Source: an uncultured bacterium
Lineage (GTDB): Bacteria; Oederibacteriota; Oederibacteriia; Oederibacteriales; Oederibacteriaceae
DNA length: 64,000 bases
Assembly: GCA_965112635.1 (NCBI GenBank)
Contig: OZ218778.1
Span: 1,440,001-1,504,000, forward strand
Direction of reading: 5' to 3'
Made by a program: the position numbers and the translations under genes. Below, piece after piece: positions 54,109-63,537 of the stretch; the stretch's first letter is position 1, and each line of letters starts with the position of its first letter. The notes below the pieces were generated by a model, which was not told the DNA's origin, did not search any database, and worked only from the letters and a program-made list of their open reading frames with translations.

Positions 54109-54378
54109 GTGGTCCAGAAGCAGACCAAGATCGTGAACAAATTGGGGTTGCATCTCAGGGCGGCTGCCTTGCTGGTACAGACCGCGTGTAATTTCCAGTG
54201 CGAGGTGGACCTTAAAAAAGGCAACCAGACGGTCAACGCGAAAAGCATCATGGGCGTCATGAGCCTGGCTGCCAGTATGGGCACGGTCCTGACCATCACC
54301 TGCAAGGGCCAGGACGAGGAGAGCGCCCTAAGTTCTTTGCTGGCGCTTATCCAGAATAAATTCAACGAGCCTGCCTGA
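54109..54378 (+). CDS. ptsH: Phosphocarrier HPr
   Basis: 'NKLGLHLRAA' (His15), 'NAKSIMGVM' (Ser46). Confidence 0.95.
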   Translation: MVQKQTKIVNKLGLHLRAAALLVQTACNFQCEVDLKKGNQTVNAKSIMGVMSLAASMGTVLTITCKGQDEESALSSLLALIQNKFNEPA

Positions 54379-54413
54379 AATAGCAAGCGGCAGGAAACGG
54401 AGAAAAGAGAAAC

Positions 54414-56159
54414 ATGACAGGAAAGATCGTTATCAATGGCATCGGGGCATCACCCGGCATTGCCGTGGGACCTGTCTATATCGCAGGTCCGCAGGAATAC
54501 GCGGGCCGGCGTTATAAGATCCCCGAAGCGGCGGTGACCAAAGAGGTCGAGCGGTTCCACAAAGCCGTCCAGCAGACCAAGGAGCAGCTCAAAGAGATCA
54601 GCAAAAAAATGGTCCTGCAGTTTGGCCGGGAACATTCCAGCATTTTTGACGCCCAGGGCATGTTCCTGGACGACCCCAGCCTTATCAATGACGTCGTGTC
54701 GGGCATCAAAAAGGACCGCCTTAACGCCGAGACGGTCGTTCTGGAGGTCTTAAAAAAGATGCACGATGTTTTTGCCGCCATGGAGGACGAATATCTCAAG
54801 GAACGCGGGATGGATATCGAGGATGTGGGCAGGAGGCTTTTAAAGAACCTGACCAGCAGCGAAAAAAAGGCTATCCAAGAGGTCGACACGGACGTGATCG
54901 TCATCGCCAAAGACCTGACCCCTTCCGATACCGCCCAGCTAAACAAGGAGTTCATCCGGGGTTTTGCCACAGATATGGGAGGACCGACTTCCCATACCGC
55001 CATCATGGCCAGGTCCTTGGAGATCCCGGCTGTGGTAGGCTTGAAAGAGGTCACCGCCAAGATCAAGGACGGGGACATCCTGGTGGTGGACGGGCTCCAG
55101 GGGCTTGTCATCATCAATCCCGACAGCAACACCCTGGCCCATTATTCCCAGGAAGAACAAAAGTACAAAACCCGCCAAAAGGAGCTAAAAAAACTCCGGA
55201 AACTTCCGGCAGAAACTCTGGATGGATACCGGCTGCTCCTTTCCGCCAATATTGAGATGCCCCAGGACGTCAAGGCCGCGCTGGAGAACGGCGCCGAGGG
55301 GGTGGGTCTTTTCAGGACTGAATTCCTTTTTATGAACGCCGAAAAAACCCCGACGGAAGATGAACAGTATGATGCTTACCAGACGGTCATCAAGAGCATC
55401 TTTCCCAACACCGTGGTTATCCGGACCATGGACGTGGGAGGGGATAAAAAAATAAACTTTTTAGAAATCCCGCCCGAGGCCAATCCCAGCCTGGGCCTGC
55501 GCTCTATCCGGTTGTCCCTGCGCCACCCGGAGGTTTTTAAGACCCAGCTCAGGGCCATCCTGAGGGCCTCCGTCCACGGCAAGGTCAAGATCATGTATCC
55601 CATGATCTCAGGAGTGGAGGAATTCAGGTCGGCCAATAAGCTCTTGGAAGAGGTCAAGGACGGCCTGCACAAGCAGAAGATCCCTTTTGACTCCAATATT
55701 GAGGTGGGTTGCATGATCGAACTGCCTTCTGCCGTGATGGTCGCCGATGTCCTGGCCAAAGAGGCGGATTTTTTCAGCATCGGCAGCAATGACCTGATCC
55801 AGTACTCCTTCGGGGTGGACCGCGTCAATGAGAATGTCGCTTACCTCTACGACCCCTTCCAACCGGCCATCCTGAGACTGTTAAAGATGACCGTGGAAGC
55901 AGCCCATCGGGAGGGTATCCATGTTTCCCTGTGCGGCGAGATCGGAGGGGACCCTCTTTTTACCCTCCTCCTTCTGGGGCTGGGCCTGGACGAGCTCAGC
56001 ACCGCGGCGGTGCATATTTCCGAGATCAAGCAATCCATACGGTCCACCACTTTTAGCGAAGCCAAAGACATTGCCAACCGGGTCCTGTCCTTCGGGACTT
56101 CGCGCGAAGTGACGGAGTTTTTGAAAAAAAGAGCCGTGGATACCAGCATCAAACAATAA
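54414..56159 (+). CDS. ptsI: PTS enzyme I
   Basis: 'GGPTSHTAIMAR', 'GLFRTEF', 'SIGSNDLIQY', 'CGE'. Confidence 0.97.
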   Translation: MTGKIVINGIGASPGIAVGPVYIAGPQEYAGRRYKIPEAAVTKEVERFHKAVQQTKEQLKEISKKMVLQFGREHSSIFDAQGMFLDDPSLINDVVSGIKKDRLNAETVVLEVLKKMHDVFAAMEDEYLKERGMDIEDVGRRLLKNLTSSEKKAIQEVDTDVIVIAKDLTPSDTAQLNKEFIRGFATDMGGPTSHTAIMARSLEIPAVVGLKEVTAKIKDGDILVVDGLQGLVIINPDSNTLAHYSQEEQKYKTRQKELKKLRKLPAETLDGYRLLLSANIEMPQDVKAALENGAEGVGLFRTEFLFMNAEKTPTEDEQYDAYQTVIKSIFPNTVVIRTMDVGGDKKINFLEIPPEANPSLGLRSIRLSLRHPEVFKTQLRAILRASVHGKVKIMYPMISGVEEFRSANKLLEEVKDGLHKQKIPFDSNIEVGCMIELPSAVMVADVLAKEADFFSIGSNDLIQYSFGVDRVNENVAYLYDPFQPAILRLLKMTVEAAHREGIHVSLCGEIGGDPLFTLLLLGLGLDELSTAAVHISEIKQSIRSTTFSEAKDIANRVLSFGTSREVTEFLKKRAVDTSIKQ

Positions 56160-56174
56160 AAAAAGGAGAGATCA

Positions 56175-57251
56175 GTGAATCATAACATCCTGGATCGGCC
56201 CCAATCCCTCCATTCCCTGGATTCCCAGGGAATGATCCCCAAAGTAGAAAATTTCTACCAGCAGTGCGCCGTCGGAGTGGCGCTGGGGAGAAAGGCAAAA
56301 GTCCCCTCCTCGTATGCCAAGGTCCGCAAGATCGTGGTCACGGGGCTCGGGGGTTCGGCCATTGGGGGGGATTATCTGAGGGCCAGCCTAGCCAAGCAGC
56401 TCAAAGTCCCCGTGGTCGTCAACCGGCATTATGTCCTGCCTAAAATGGTGGATCGGGACACTCTGCTTTTTGCCACAAGCTATTCGGGCAATACCGAAGA
56501 GACCCTGAGCTCGGTCAAGATGGCCCAGAAACAAAAGGCCAAGATCGTTTGCGTGACCAGCGGCGGGGAACTTCTCCGTCTGGCCAAACGGGCGGGCTAC
56601 CCTCATGTCGTGGTGCCCGGCGGCATGCCGCCGAGGGCCTCGTTGGGGTTCATGTTCTTTCCCACGCTTTGCGTTCTGGACAGCCTCAAAATGGTACCTT
56701 CCCAAGCCGGCGTGATCACAGAAACTTTACGAATGCTCCAAGATGCTTCAGGTTGGTTCGGTCTGGGCCAGCCTACCCGGAACAACCTGGCCAAAAGGCT
56801 GGCCGTCCTGTTCCACGACCGGATACCGGTCATTTACGGAGGGGCGGATTACTTTGACGCGGTCGCTTACCGCTGGAAATGCCAGATCAACGAGAACAGC
56901 AAAGCCTACGCCATCTCCAACGTGATCCCCGAGATGAACCACAACGAGATCGTGGGCTGGCAGATCCCCAATGCCCTGACCAGGCGTTTTGCGGTCGTGT
57001 TTTTGAGGGACAAGCTGGACCATCCCCGCGTCCAACTGAGGATGGTGATCAACCAGCGGCTGATCAAAAAAGAAGCGGGTGCCATCCTGGAGGTTTGGTC
57101 CAAGGGCCGTTCTCCCCTGGCCAAGATGTTCTATTTCACGGCTCTGGGGGATTTTGCCAGCGTTTATCTGGGTTTTTTGAACGGCGTGGACCCAACACCC
57201 GTTACCCGCATCGAATATTTGAAGAAAATGCTTGCTAAAGGGCGAGCTTAG
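56175..57251 (+). CDS. Bifunctional phosphoglucose/phosphomannose isomerase
   Basis: 'GLGGSAIGG', 'SYSGNTEET', 'RWKCQINENSK', 'PEMNHNEI'. Confidence 0.93.
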   Translation: MNHNILDRPQSLHSLDSQGMIPKVENFYQQCAVGVALGRKAKVPSSYAKVRKIVVTGLGGSAIGGDYLRASLAKQLKVPVVVNRHYVLPKMVDRDTLLFATSYSGNTEETLSSVKMAQKQKAKIVCVTSGGELLRLAKRAGYPHVVVPGGMPPRASLGFMFFPTLCVLDSLKMVPSQAGVITETLRMLQDASGWFGLGQPTRNNLAKRLAVLFHDRIPVIYGGADYFDAVAYRWKCQINENSKAYAISNVIPEMNHNEIVGWQIPNALTRRFAVVFLRDKLDHPRVQLRMVINQRLIKKEAGAILEVWSKGRSPLAKMFYFTALGDFASVYLGFLNGVDPTPVTRIEYLKKMLAKGRA

Positions 57252-57294
57252 GTTAAATAATTTATCATTGCCAACTCTAACGGAGGTTGAGAGT

Positions 57295-57750
57295 ATGAGC
57301 CCGGAAGAATTTATTGCCCTTTCACCTTTATTCAGCAAATTCACGGCAGACGATGCCAAGGCTTTGCTCAGCAACTCCACCGAGAGTTCCTTTACCAAAG
57401 GGCAAACCTTATTCCAGGCCGATAAGGTTGGCGAGAATATGTATATTCTTACCTCGGGTCTGGTGAAGATATGCCGCAACGTTCAGGGCAAGGACGTCAC
57501 GCTGGCCGTCCTGGGCCAGGGCGACCTGTGCGGGGAGATGTCCCTGGCGGACGACGGACCCCGTTCGGCGACCGCCATCGCCGTGGAGGACACCGCGGCC
57601 CTGTGTTTGGAACGCAAAAAATTCGCTGCTCTCAAGGACGGCAACGTGGGGTTGTATCTGCGTTTGCTGGACTGCCTCATCAAAACTTTGTGCCTGCGCC
57701 TGCGCCAGGCCAACCAGACCCTGGAAGTCATCAGGTATTGGATCACGTAA
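57295..57750 (+). CDS. Stand-alone cyclic-nucleotide-binding domain protein
   Basis: 'GEMSL.D.GPRSATA'; no HTH; GGAGG before ATG 57295. Confidence 0.88.
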   Translation: MSPEEFIALSPLFSKFTADDAKALLSNSTESSFTKGQTLFQADKVGENMYILTSGLVKICRNVQGKDVTLAVLGQGDLCGEMSLADDGPRSATAIAVEDTAALCLERKKFAALKDGNVGLYLRLLDCLIKTLCLRLRQANQTLEVIRYWIT

Positions 57751-59843
57751 TGTGCCAAAAGGCCTGGCTGTCCCTGAGTCTGTTCACGGCCTGCGTCTTG
57801 CTCTTGACCTCCTGCAGCCTTTTTAAAGCTCCGCCCAGCCTTTTCGACCAATCCCTGGACGCTTATTACCACGGAGACCTGGACCAGGCCATCCATTTGA
57901 TGGAGACCTGGCAGGCTCAGGACCCCCAGAACATCCTGGCCCTGGAAAATCTCGCGGAACTTTATAAAGAAAAAGCGGATTACCAGGGAGCTTGCCGCTA
58001 TTACGAAAAGATCTCCCAGATCAAGGCGCCCACCACCTTTACGCTGTGTTGCTGGGCCCAGGCCTGCTATTGCGCCGGAGAACCGGCCCGGGCCAGCCTG
58101 CTCTATTCGGATGCTTTGGGATCCGACCCCGACAATGCCGAAGCTTTGTGGGGCAGGGGGCTGTGCCAGGTAGAGCTCAAGGACTGGGATGGGGCCCGCG
58201 ATGATTTTAACCATCTGGTCGAAGTCTGGCCCAACAACGCCCAGGGTCATTTGGAGCTGGCCAGGGTCTATGAAACCCTCAAGCAATACGACTTCGCCGA
58301 AAAAGAATACTCTGAAGCCTTGCGCATCGACCGGAGCCTTTCTGGCATCCACCTGACCCTGGCCTCGCTCTACGAAGCCGAACAGCGTCCCCGGCAGGCG
58401 TTGATGAGGTACAAGAAGGCCCAGATCATCTTTCCCGGGGACAGTGAGATCAACGAGAAACTGGCGGCCTTGGCCGAAAAATACCCCTTTTTGGCCGAAG
58501 AAGAGGCCAAAAGCACCAGCGTGGCCAATAAAGAACGCCAAGCCACCGCGTCGCCCCTGGTGACCCCCGTGGTGGCTCCCGAAGCCCCGCTGATCCGGGT
58601 GGGAATCGTGCCCGAAACCCGCAAGGCCAGGTTCAAGGCGTCCTGTGTTTTTAAGGTCAGGGAAAAAGAGTCCCAATCCGTCCTGGGCCGGGGAGAAACC
58701 AATAAGGAATACACCGTGGATATCGAGAGCGACCGGGTGCGCTTCAGGGACGAAGGTGGCAGGCTGCTGGCCTGGCTGGACAATAATACCGAGGTCGTCT
58801 TGGACGACCCCCGGGGAACCTTCACTATCTACAATATTTCCTACGGAAAAGGTTATTTTTTTGGGGGAGAAGAGGACAGGATCTACCGGGGCACGCTGGA
58901 GATCATACCCAGGACAGGATTTTTCCGCATCATCAATATTGTGAATGTGGAGGAGTATCTCTACGGCGTGGTCGCAGAGGAGATGCCCCTCAAATACCCG
59001 GCCGAAGCCCTGGCCGCGCAGGCCATTGCGGCCAGGTCAGAGACCCTGAGCAAGCGGGGGGTCCATGGGACCGAGGGTTTTGACCTGTGCGCGGATGTCC
59101 ATTGCGCGGTTTACCGGGGAGTCAAAGCCGAGGACCCCGCGGCCGTGCAGGCCGTCAACGACACGGCCGGCCTGGTGCTTTTTTCCGGGGACCTTTCCGG
59201 GCCGGGCGGCCGGCTGGTGGACGCGGTCTATATGTCCAGCTGCGGAGGCCATACCGAGAGCGGGGTGGAAGTGTGGGGAAGCTCCTCTCCGGGGCTTGTG
59301 GGCGTCAGGGATTGTGAAGGCGAGTGCGACTATGGCGATGACGAATACCCGCTGACCCCGGCGCGGCTGGACGGTTTTATCCGCAAGGAACCGCAGAGCT
59401 TTTGCGGCCACGCCAAGCTCTCCTACCGCTGGAAAAAAGTCCTCAATCTTACGGACATTCAGCGGCTGGAAAAACAGTACAAGCTGGGGTCCCTGCAAAA
59501 GGTGGCCGTCGGTAAACGCACCCCGGCCGGGTATGTCAAAAGCATCACCCTTTTCGGGACCTCGGGAAACAGGGAGTGGCAGGGAGACCGCATCCGGGGC
59601 CTTTTTGGGTCGCTCAAGAGCAACCTCTTTAAAGTGGAACAAAAGACGGACAGCACGGGCAGGCTGGTTTGGCTGGCCATTTACGGGGCAGGTTTCGGCC
59701 ACGGGGTGGGGATGTGCCAGGAAGGGGCCGGAGGAATGGCCCGCCTGGGTTATTCGGTCAGCGCCATTCTCAAGCACTATTACCCGGGAACGGTTTTGGG
59801 AAAATACTATGCATCGTCCACGGTCACGGCCCGCGGTTTTTAA
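57750..59843 (+). CDS. TPR-repeat lipoprotein with C-terminal SpoIID/LytB domain
   Basis: 'LLTSC' lipobox, multiple TPRs, 'EEYLYGVVAEEM', 'GFGHGVGMCQ'. Confidence 0.9.
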   Translation: MCQKAWLSLSLFTACVLLLTSCSLFKAPPSLFDQSLDAYYHGDLDQAIHLMETWQAQDPQNILALENLAELYKEKADYQGACRYYEKISQIKAPTTFTLCCWAQACYCAGEPARASLLYSDALGSDPDNAEALWGRGLCQVELKDWDGARDDFNHLVEVWPNNAQGHLELARVYETLKQYDFAEKEYSEALRIDRSLSGIHLTLASLYEAEQRPRQALMRYKKAQIIFPGDSEINEKLAALAEKYPFLAEEEAKSTSVANKERQATASPLVTPVVAPEAPLIRVGIVPETRKARFKASCVFKVREKESQSVLGRGETNKEYTVDIESDRVRFRDEGGRLLAWLDNNTEVVLDDPRGTFTIYNISYGKGYFFGGEEDRIYRGTLEIIPRTGFFRIINIVNVEEYLYGVVAEEMPLKYPAEALAAQAIAARSETLSKRGVHGTEGFDLCADVHCAVYRGVKAEDPAAVQAVNDTAGLVLFSGDLSGPGGRLVDAVYMSSCGGHTESGVEVWGSSSPGLVGVRDCEGECDYGDDEYPLTPARLDGFIRKEPQSFCGHAKLSYRWKKVLNLTDIQRLEKQYKLGSLQKVAVGKRTPAGYVKSITLFGTSGNREWQGDRIRGLFGSLKSNLFKVEQKTDSTGRLVWLAIYGAGFGHGVGMCQEGAGGMARLGYSVSAILKHYYPGTVLGKYYASSTVTARGF

Positions 59844-59931
59844 AATGATTGACTCGGCACCGCACGGAGTTATAATTAGGTTCATCATCGTGAAAGTCCC
59901 TGTGTCATAATGAAAAAAAGGCTAGGATTTG

Positions 59932-60330
59932 CCGATGAAAAAAGAAGCTAAGGCCGAAATTCCCTCCCCAATAAAACAAAATCAAAACATAATTACAAAA
60001 AAAATATTTTCGCTCCTATTTTTCTTTTTATTATTTCTCCCGCCGGTTTTACGGGCCCAATCAGATACGGCAACACCGACTGTGACAGCCACGCCTTTTG
60101 TGCCCTCCTGCGTCCAGCTTTATATATATGGAAACAGCTCAGAAGTGCCCAACGGATATGGATCAGACGGGCTGCCGGTTTATCCAGCACAGGGATATCA
60201 GGGCGCTGTCCGTATAAACAGCGGAGGTTCTGTTAATTTCAGCGCTTTTGAAAATACTGCGGACGGCGTTTATTTTGGAGCATCCAACGGCAACTGTAGC
60301 GGTGTGAAAGTTGTCAGGATTAGTTATTGA
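59932..60330 (+). pseudogene. Short secreted protein, probably an N-terminal fragment
   Basis: Signal peptide and 'TATPTVTATP' linker; ends at the start of the AT-rich gene. Confidence 0.45.
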
Positions 60331-61724
60331 GGGGGAAAATATTGCTTAGTAAAACCATATATATATTAATCATTTTTCTATTCTTTAGCGTTCCGTTAAA
60401 TGCCCAGAATACGGTTACTGTTTCCGGGACCTCTTCTTCCCCGGCATCTGCTTATCAAAGTGTGACCAATCTAGCTATGATCAAACTCAATCTCAAGTCT
60501 AATCCGGGTAATTCAATTCTCCTTCAACTGGGAATAAATCGTACGGGTACTCCAGGTACGCAGGGAGACAACGATATCTTGGCTGTCAAACTTGTCAAGT
60601 ACGATTCAGGCAGTTCATTTACGATCAATGTTGGAGCTACCAGCCTACCGGCAACAGAGGTTTCTTTTCCTGCATTGTTCCAAAATGGAACTGCAACATT
60701 ATATACAATTAATCCGGGTGGAGAAACTATTACGGCTGCAGGGCAAGATTATTATATTACTTATGATATTAACCCTGGTGCTAAAGTTGGTGATTTGGTC
60801 GGAGTAACAATCAGCGCCAATGCAGATATTACCCTGGACACTTCTAATTTGGTTGCGCCTGCTAATTTTGGCATGGCCAGTGGTTTAATGACTATCCTCA
60901 ATTATCCAAATAATATAACAACCGCAATAGTTGGGATTAATCCTTCACAGGTATGCCCTGGTGAAAAAGTAGTCGGTTTTGTCAAATTAGGTCTAACTAC
61001 TAATGTTTCCACTAGCACATTATCCGAATTGGATATTACTCGTTATGGTGCAAGTAGTGATTCTGATGTAGGTGTAGTAAAGCTTTATAAAGACACGAAT
61101 TATTCTGGAACATTTGAACCTGGACAGGACACGTTGATTGCTAGTGCCAATTTTGCAAGTGGTGTTGCCAGCCTAATGCTTACTCAAACAGCCGAGGTAA
61201 TAACTCAAATACCTTGGTATTACTTTGTTGTTTATGATATTAGTCAGACTGCGACAATCAATGATACTTTAGGTCTACAGATTGCATCAACAAGCGCTTT
61301 TCATTTCTTGGAAGCCGGGAATGTCGTAACAAATAGCAGTATATTTCCTTGGAATTCAAATTCATTGTCGATTATAACCGTATCCACTCCAGTGCCGACG
61401 CCAAGTTGTGTCAGTGTTTCGAATAAATTTTGCATCCAAAATAATATCATTAATATTCAAAGTCAGGGGCAAGGTTCAGGTACCCGTCAAGCTAATATTC
61501 TCTATTCCGTAGAATATCCTGTTGACTTGGTATCTATCCAGATATTCGATAAGGCCGGGAAGTTGGCCAAAACTCTTGTTAATAAATATATGAATCCCGG
61601 ACAAAATTCCATCTCTTGGGATGGTACTAATAACGGTGGATCTCTAGTAACGCCTGGAGTTTATATTGTTGTTGTAAAAATGCATGATTTTGTAGAAAAA
61701 CGCAAAATAGTAGTTGTTAGGTGA
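60327..61724 (+). CDS. AT-rich secreted protein with two internal repeats and a C-terminal FlgD-Ig/sorting-like domain
   Basis: Signal peptide; repeated 'D.D...VKL.K' and 'Y...YDI'; 'IFDKAGKLAKTL...WDGTN..G..V.PGVY...KIVVVR'. Confidence 0.75.
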   Translation: MRGKILLSKTIYILIIFLFFSVPLNAQNTVTVSGTSSSPASAYQSVTNLAMIKLNLKSNPGNSILLQLGINRTGTPGTQGDNDILAVKLVKYDSGSSFTINVGATSLPATEVSFPALFQNGTATLYTINPGGETITAAGQDYYITYDINPGAKVGDLVGVTISANADITLDTSNLVAPANFGMASGLMTILNYPNNITTAIVGINPSQVCPGEKVVGFVKLGLTTNVSTSTLSELDITRYGASSDSDVGVVKLYKDTNYSGTFEPGQDTLIASANFASGVASLMLTQTAEVITQIPWYYFVVYDISQTATINDTLGLQIASTSAFHFLEAGNVVTNSSIFPWNSNSLSIITVSTPVPTPSCVSVSNKFCIQNNIINIQSQGQGSGTRQANILYSVEYPVDLVSIQIFDKAGKLAKTLVNKYMNPGQNSISWDGTNNGGSLVTPGVYIVVVKMHDFVEKRKIVVVR

Positions 61725-61861
61725 CCTTTGGTTACAATTCACCAGTGGCGGTAGATACTAATGGGTTTGGACTGAGCAACGGACTTTATTTCTACAGCGT
61801 TGATGTTGTTCGTGGTTCCAGTCATGTGAAACAGGCTGGGAAAATCGCCATCACCCGCTGA
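61721..61861 (+). pseudogene. Orphan C-terminal sorting-domain fragment (46 codons)
   Basis: 'GYNSPV...GLSNGLYFYSV...KQAGKIAITR*'. Confidence 0.6.
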
Positions 61862-61889
61862 AATTTCAAATCATTGGAGCAATAAAATA

Positions 61890-62783
61890 ATGAAAACAAA
61901 ATGGTTGGTGGTACTACTTTTTATCTTTCCAATATCCCTGTCAGGCCAGACTACGGGCCCGGACTATCTTAAGTTTGACCTGTGCCCCAGGGCTATGGGT
62001 ATGGGCGGGGCTTATGTGGCCGTGGCTGATGACAGCCAGGCGCTATTTTGGAATCCGGCCGGCCTGGCTTCGGTCAAGGGAGGGGACCTCACTTTTTCCC
62101 ATCTGGCCAGCTTTAGCGACGCCACCTATGAGAGGCTGGATGGCGCTTTTAACCTGATGCAGTTGGGGATAGGGTGCAGTCTGTTCTATTCCCAGGATAA
62201 CAATTTAACCTCAACCAATGACCAGGGCCAGGACACGGGCAACATTGTCAGCTATGACTGGATGGTCAACCTAGGTGTCGCTAAACAATGGGGGGATTAC
62301 AAGGCGGGATTGGTGGTCAAAACATTCCATACGCACCTACTGGACATGTATTCACAGGGTGTGGCCCTGGACGGGGGAGCTGATTATGACTGTCCCTTTG
62401 TACCGGTTACGGTGGGCGCAGCTGTCCAAAATATAGGGAGCCAGTCAGCTTTGGTGAGCGGGGGAGCAGTAGTTTCTCTGCCTAGCCGGGTCAGGATGGG
62501 GCTGATGTGGAGGCTGGTCAGGACAGCCCTGCAGGACCTGTCTTTGGCCGGGGAAGGCGATGTGCCTTTTAGCAGTGATGACAGAGTTATGGGTGGAATA
62601 GGCGGAGAATATACCTGGGATAAGATGGTCAGCGTAAGGGCGGGATACCAGATGGGACAGGACAAGGCCAGTTATACCCTGGGGGCAGGGTTTTGTTACG
62701 GCTATTGGCGGTTTGACTACGCCTATGCGCCCCTGGACTATCTGGGCGCCAACCAATGGTTCAGCCTGAGCGTCAGGGAATAG
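61890..62783 (+). CDS. PorV/PorQ-family (UPF0164) outer-membrane barrel
   Basis: 'PRAMGMGGAYVAVADD..ALFWNPAGLA', 'RFDYAY'. Confidence 0.88.
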   Translation: MKTKWLVVLLFIFPISLSGQTTGPDYLKFDLCPRAMGMGGAYVAVADDSQALFWNPAGLASVKGGDLTFSHLASFSDATYERLDGAFNLMQLGIGCSLFYSQDNNLTSTNDQGQDTGNIVSYDWMVNLGVAKQWGDYKAGLVVKTFHTHLLDMYSQGVALDGGADYDCPFVPVTVGAAVQNIGSQSALVSGGAVVSLPSRVRMGLMWRLVRTALQDLSLAGEGDVPFSSDDRVMGGIGGEYTWDKMVSVRAGYQMGQDKASYTLGAGFCYGYWRFDYAYAPLDYLGANQWFSLSVRE

Positions 62784-62845
62784 CCTCTTTTAGGGTTGGG
62801 GTATAAATCTCTGTATTTTATAAGCACAAAATAGCGCATAATAAA

Positions 62846-63025
62846 GTTCGGGTGTGGGTCTTCCACGGGCAGAGCCCGTGGCTCCCACAAAACATTCAGC
62901 CAGCTTTGCTGGCTGACCCAAGGAGTATCCTCCTTTGGAATCCTCTCGGAAAGGAACGGTCTATTGAACTTGCGTTTTTTCATCCACGGGCAAAGCCCGT
63001 GGTCTTCTAATCGCCTCCCGATAAA
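62846..63025. mobile_element. Non-autonomous IS200/IS605-like element
   Basis: Near-identical hairpins CCACGGGC-a(g/a)a-GCCCGTGG at 62863-62881 and 62984-63002; ATAAA at both boundaries; no convincing gene. Confidence 0.65.
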
Positions 63026-63054
63026 TATTTTGCTGGTTTTGTGGAAGAGGTCCC

Positions 63055-63468
63055 ATGAAATTCCATACCGAATACCTTTGGTTCAATACTAAAAAACACA
63101 GGGAATACATCAATATCACCCCTGAAGTGGACAAGGCCTTGGCCAAGTCCGGCATCCAGGAGGGCATGGTCCTGGTCTCGGCCATGCACATCACAGCCGG
63201 GGTTTATATCAACGACGCGGAGTCGGGGCTCATTCAGGATATCGACGAATGGGCCGAGAGGGTGGCTCCTTTTAAGGAGAATTACCAGCACCACCACACG
63301 GGCGAAACCAACGGCGACAGCCACCTCAAAAGCCTCCTGATCGGGCATGAGGTGGTCATTCCTGTGACAGGGGGCAAGCTGGATTTTGGGCCATGGCAGC
63401 AGGTCTATTACGCTGAATTTGACGGCCAGCGCAAGAAAAAGCTCGTTATCAAGATCATGGGAGAGTAA
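63055..63468 (+). CDS. YjbQ/UPF0047 family protein
   Basis: 'HITAGV.IND.E', 'NGDSHLK', '[14 protein letters not shown]'. Confidence 0.92.
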   Translation: MKFHTEYLWFNTKKHREYINITPEVDKALAKSGIQEGMVLVSAMHITAGVYINDAESGLIQDIDEWAERVAPFKENYQHHHTGETNGDSHLKSLLIGHEVVIPVTGGKLDFGPWQQVYYAEFDGQRKKKLVIKIMGE

Positions 63469-63537
63469 ACCGCGTTGAAAATTGGTTAAAACTGGCATAT
63501 ATTTAAATCACTTCCCTAATCCTGTCAGGAAAGGGTC

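Noticed and set aside
57471-57749. N-terminal extension of the TPR-SpoIID ORF
   Set aside because: Overlaps the cNMP gene; the lipoprotein signal starts at ATG 57750.
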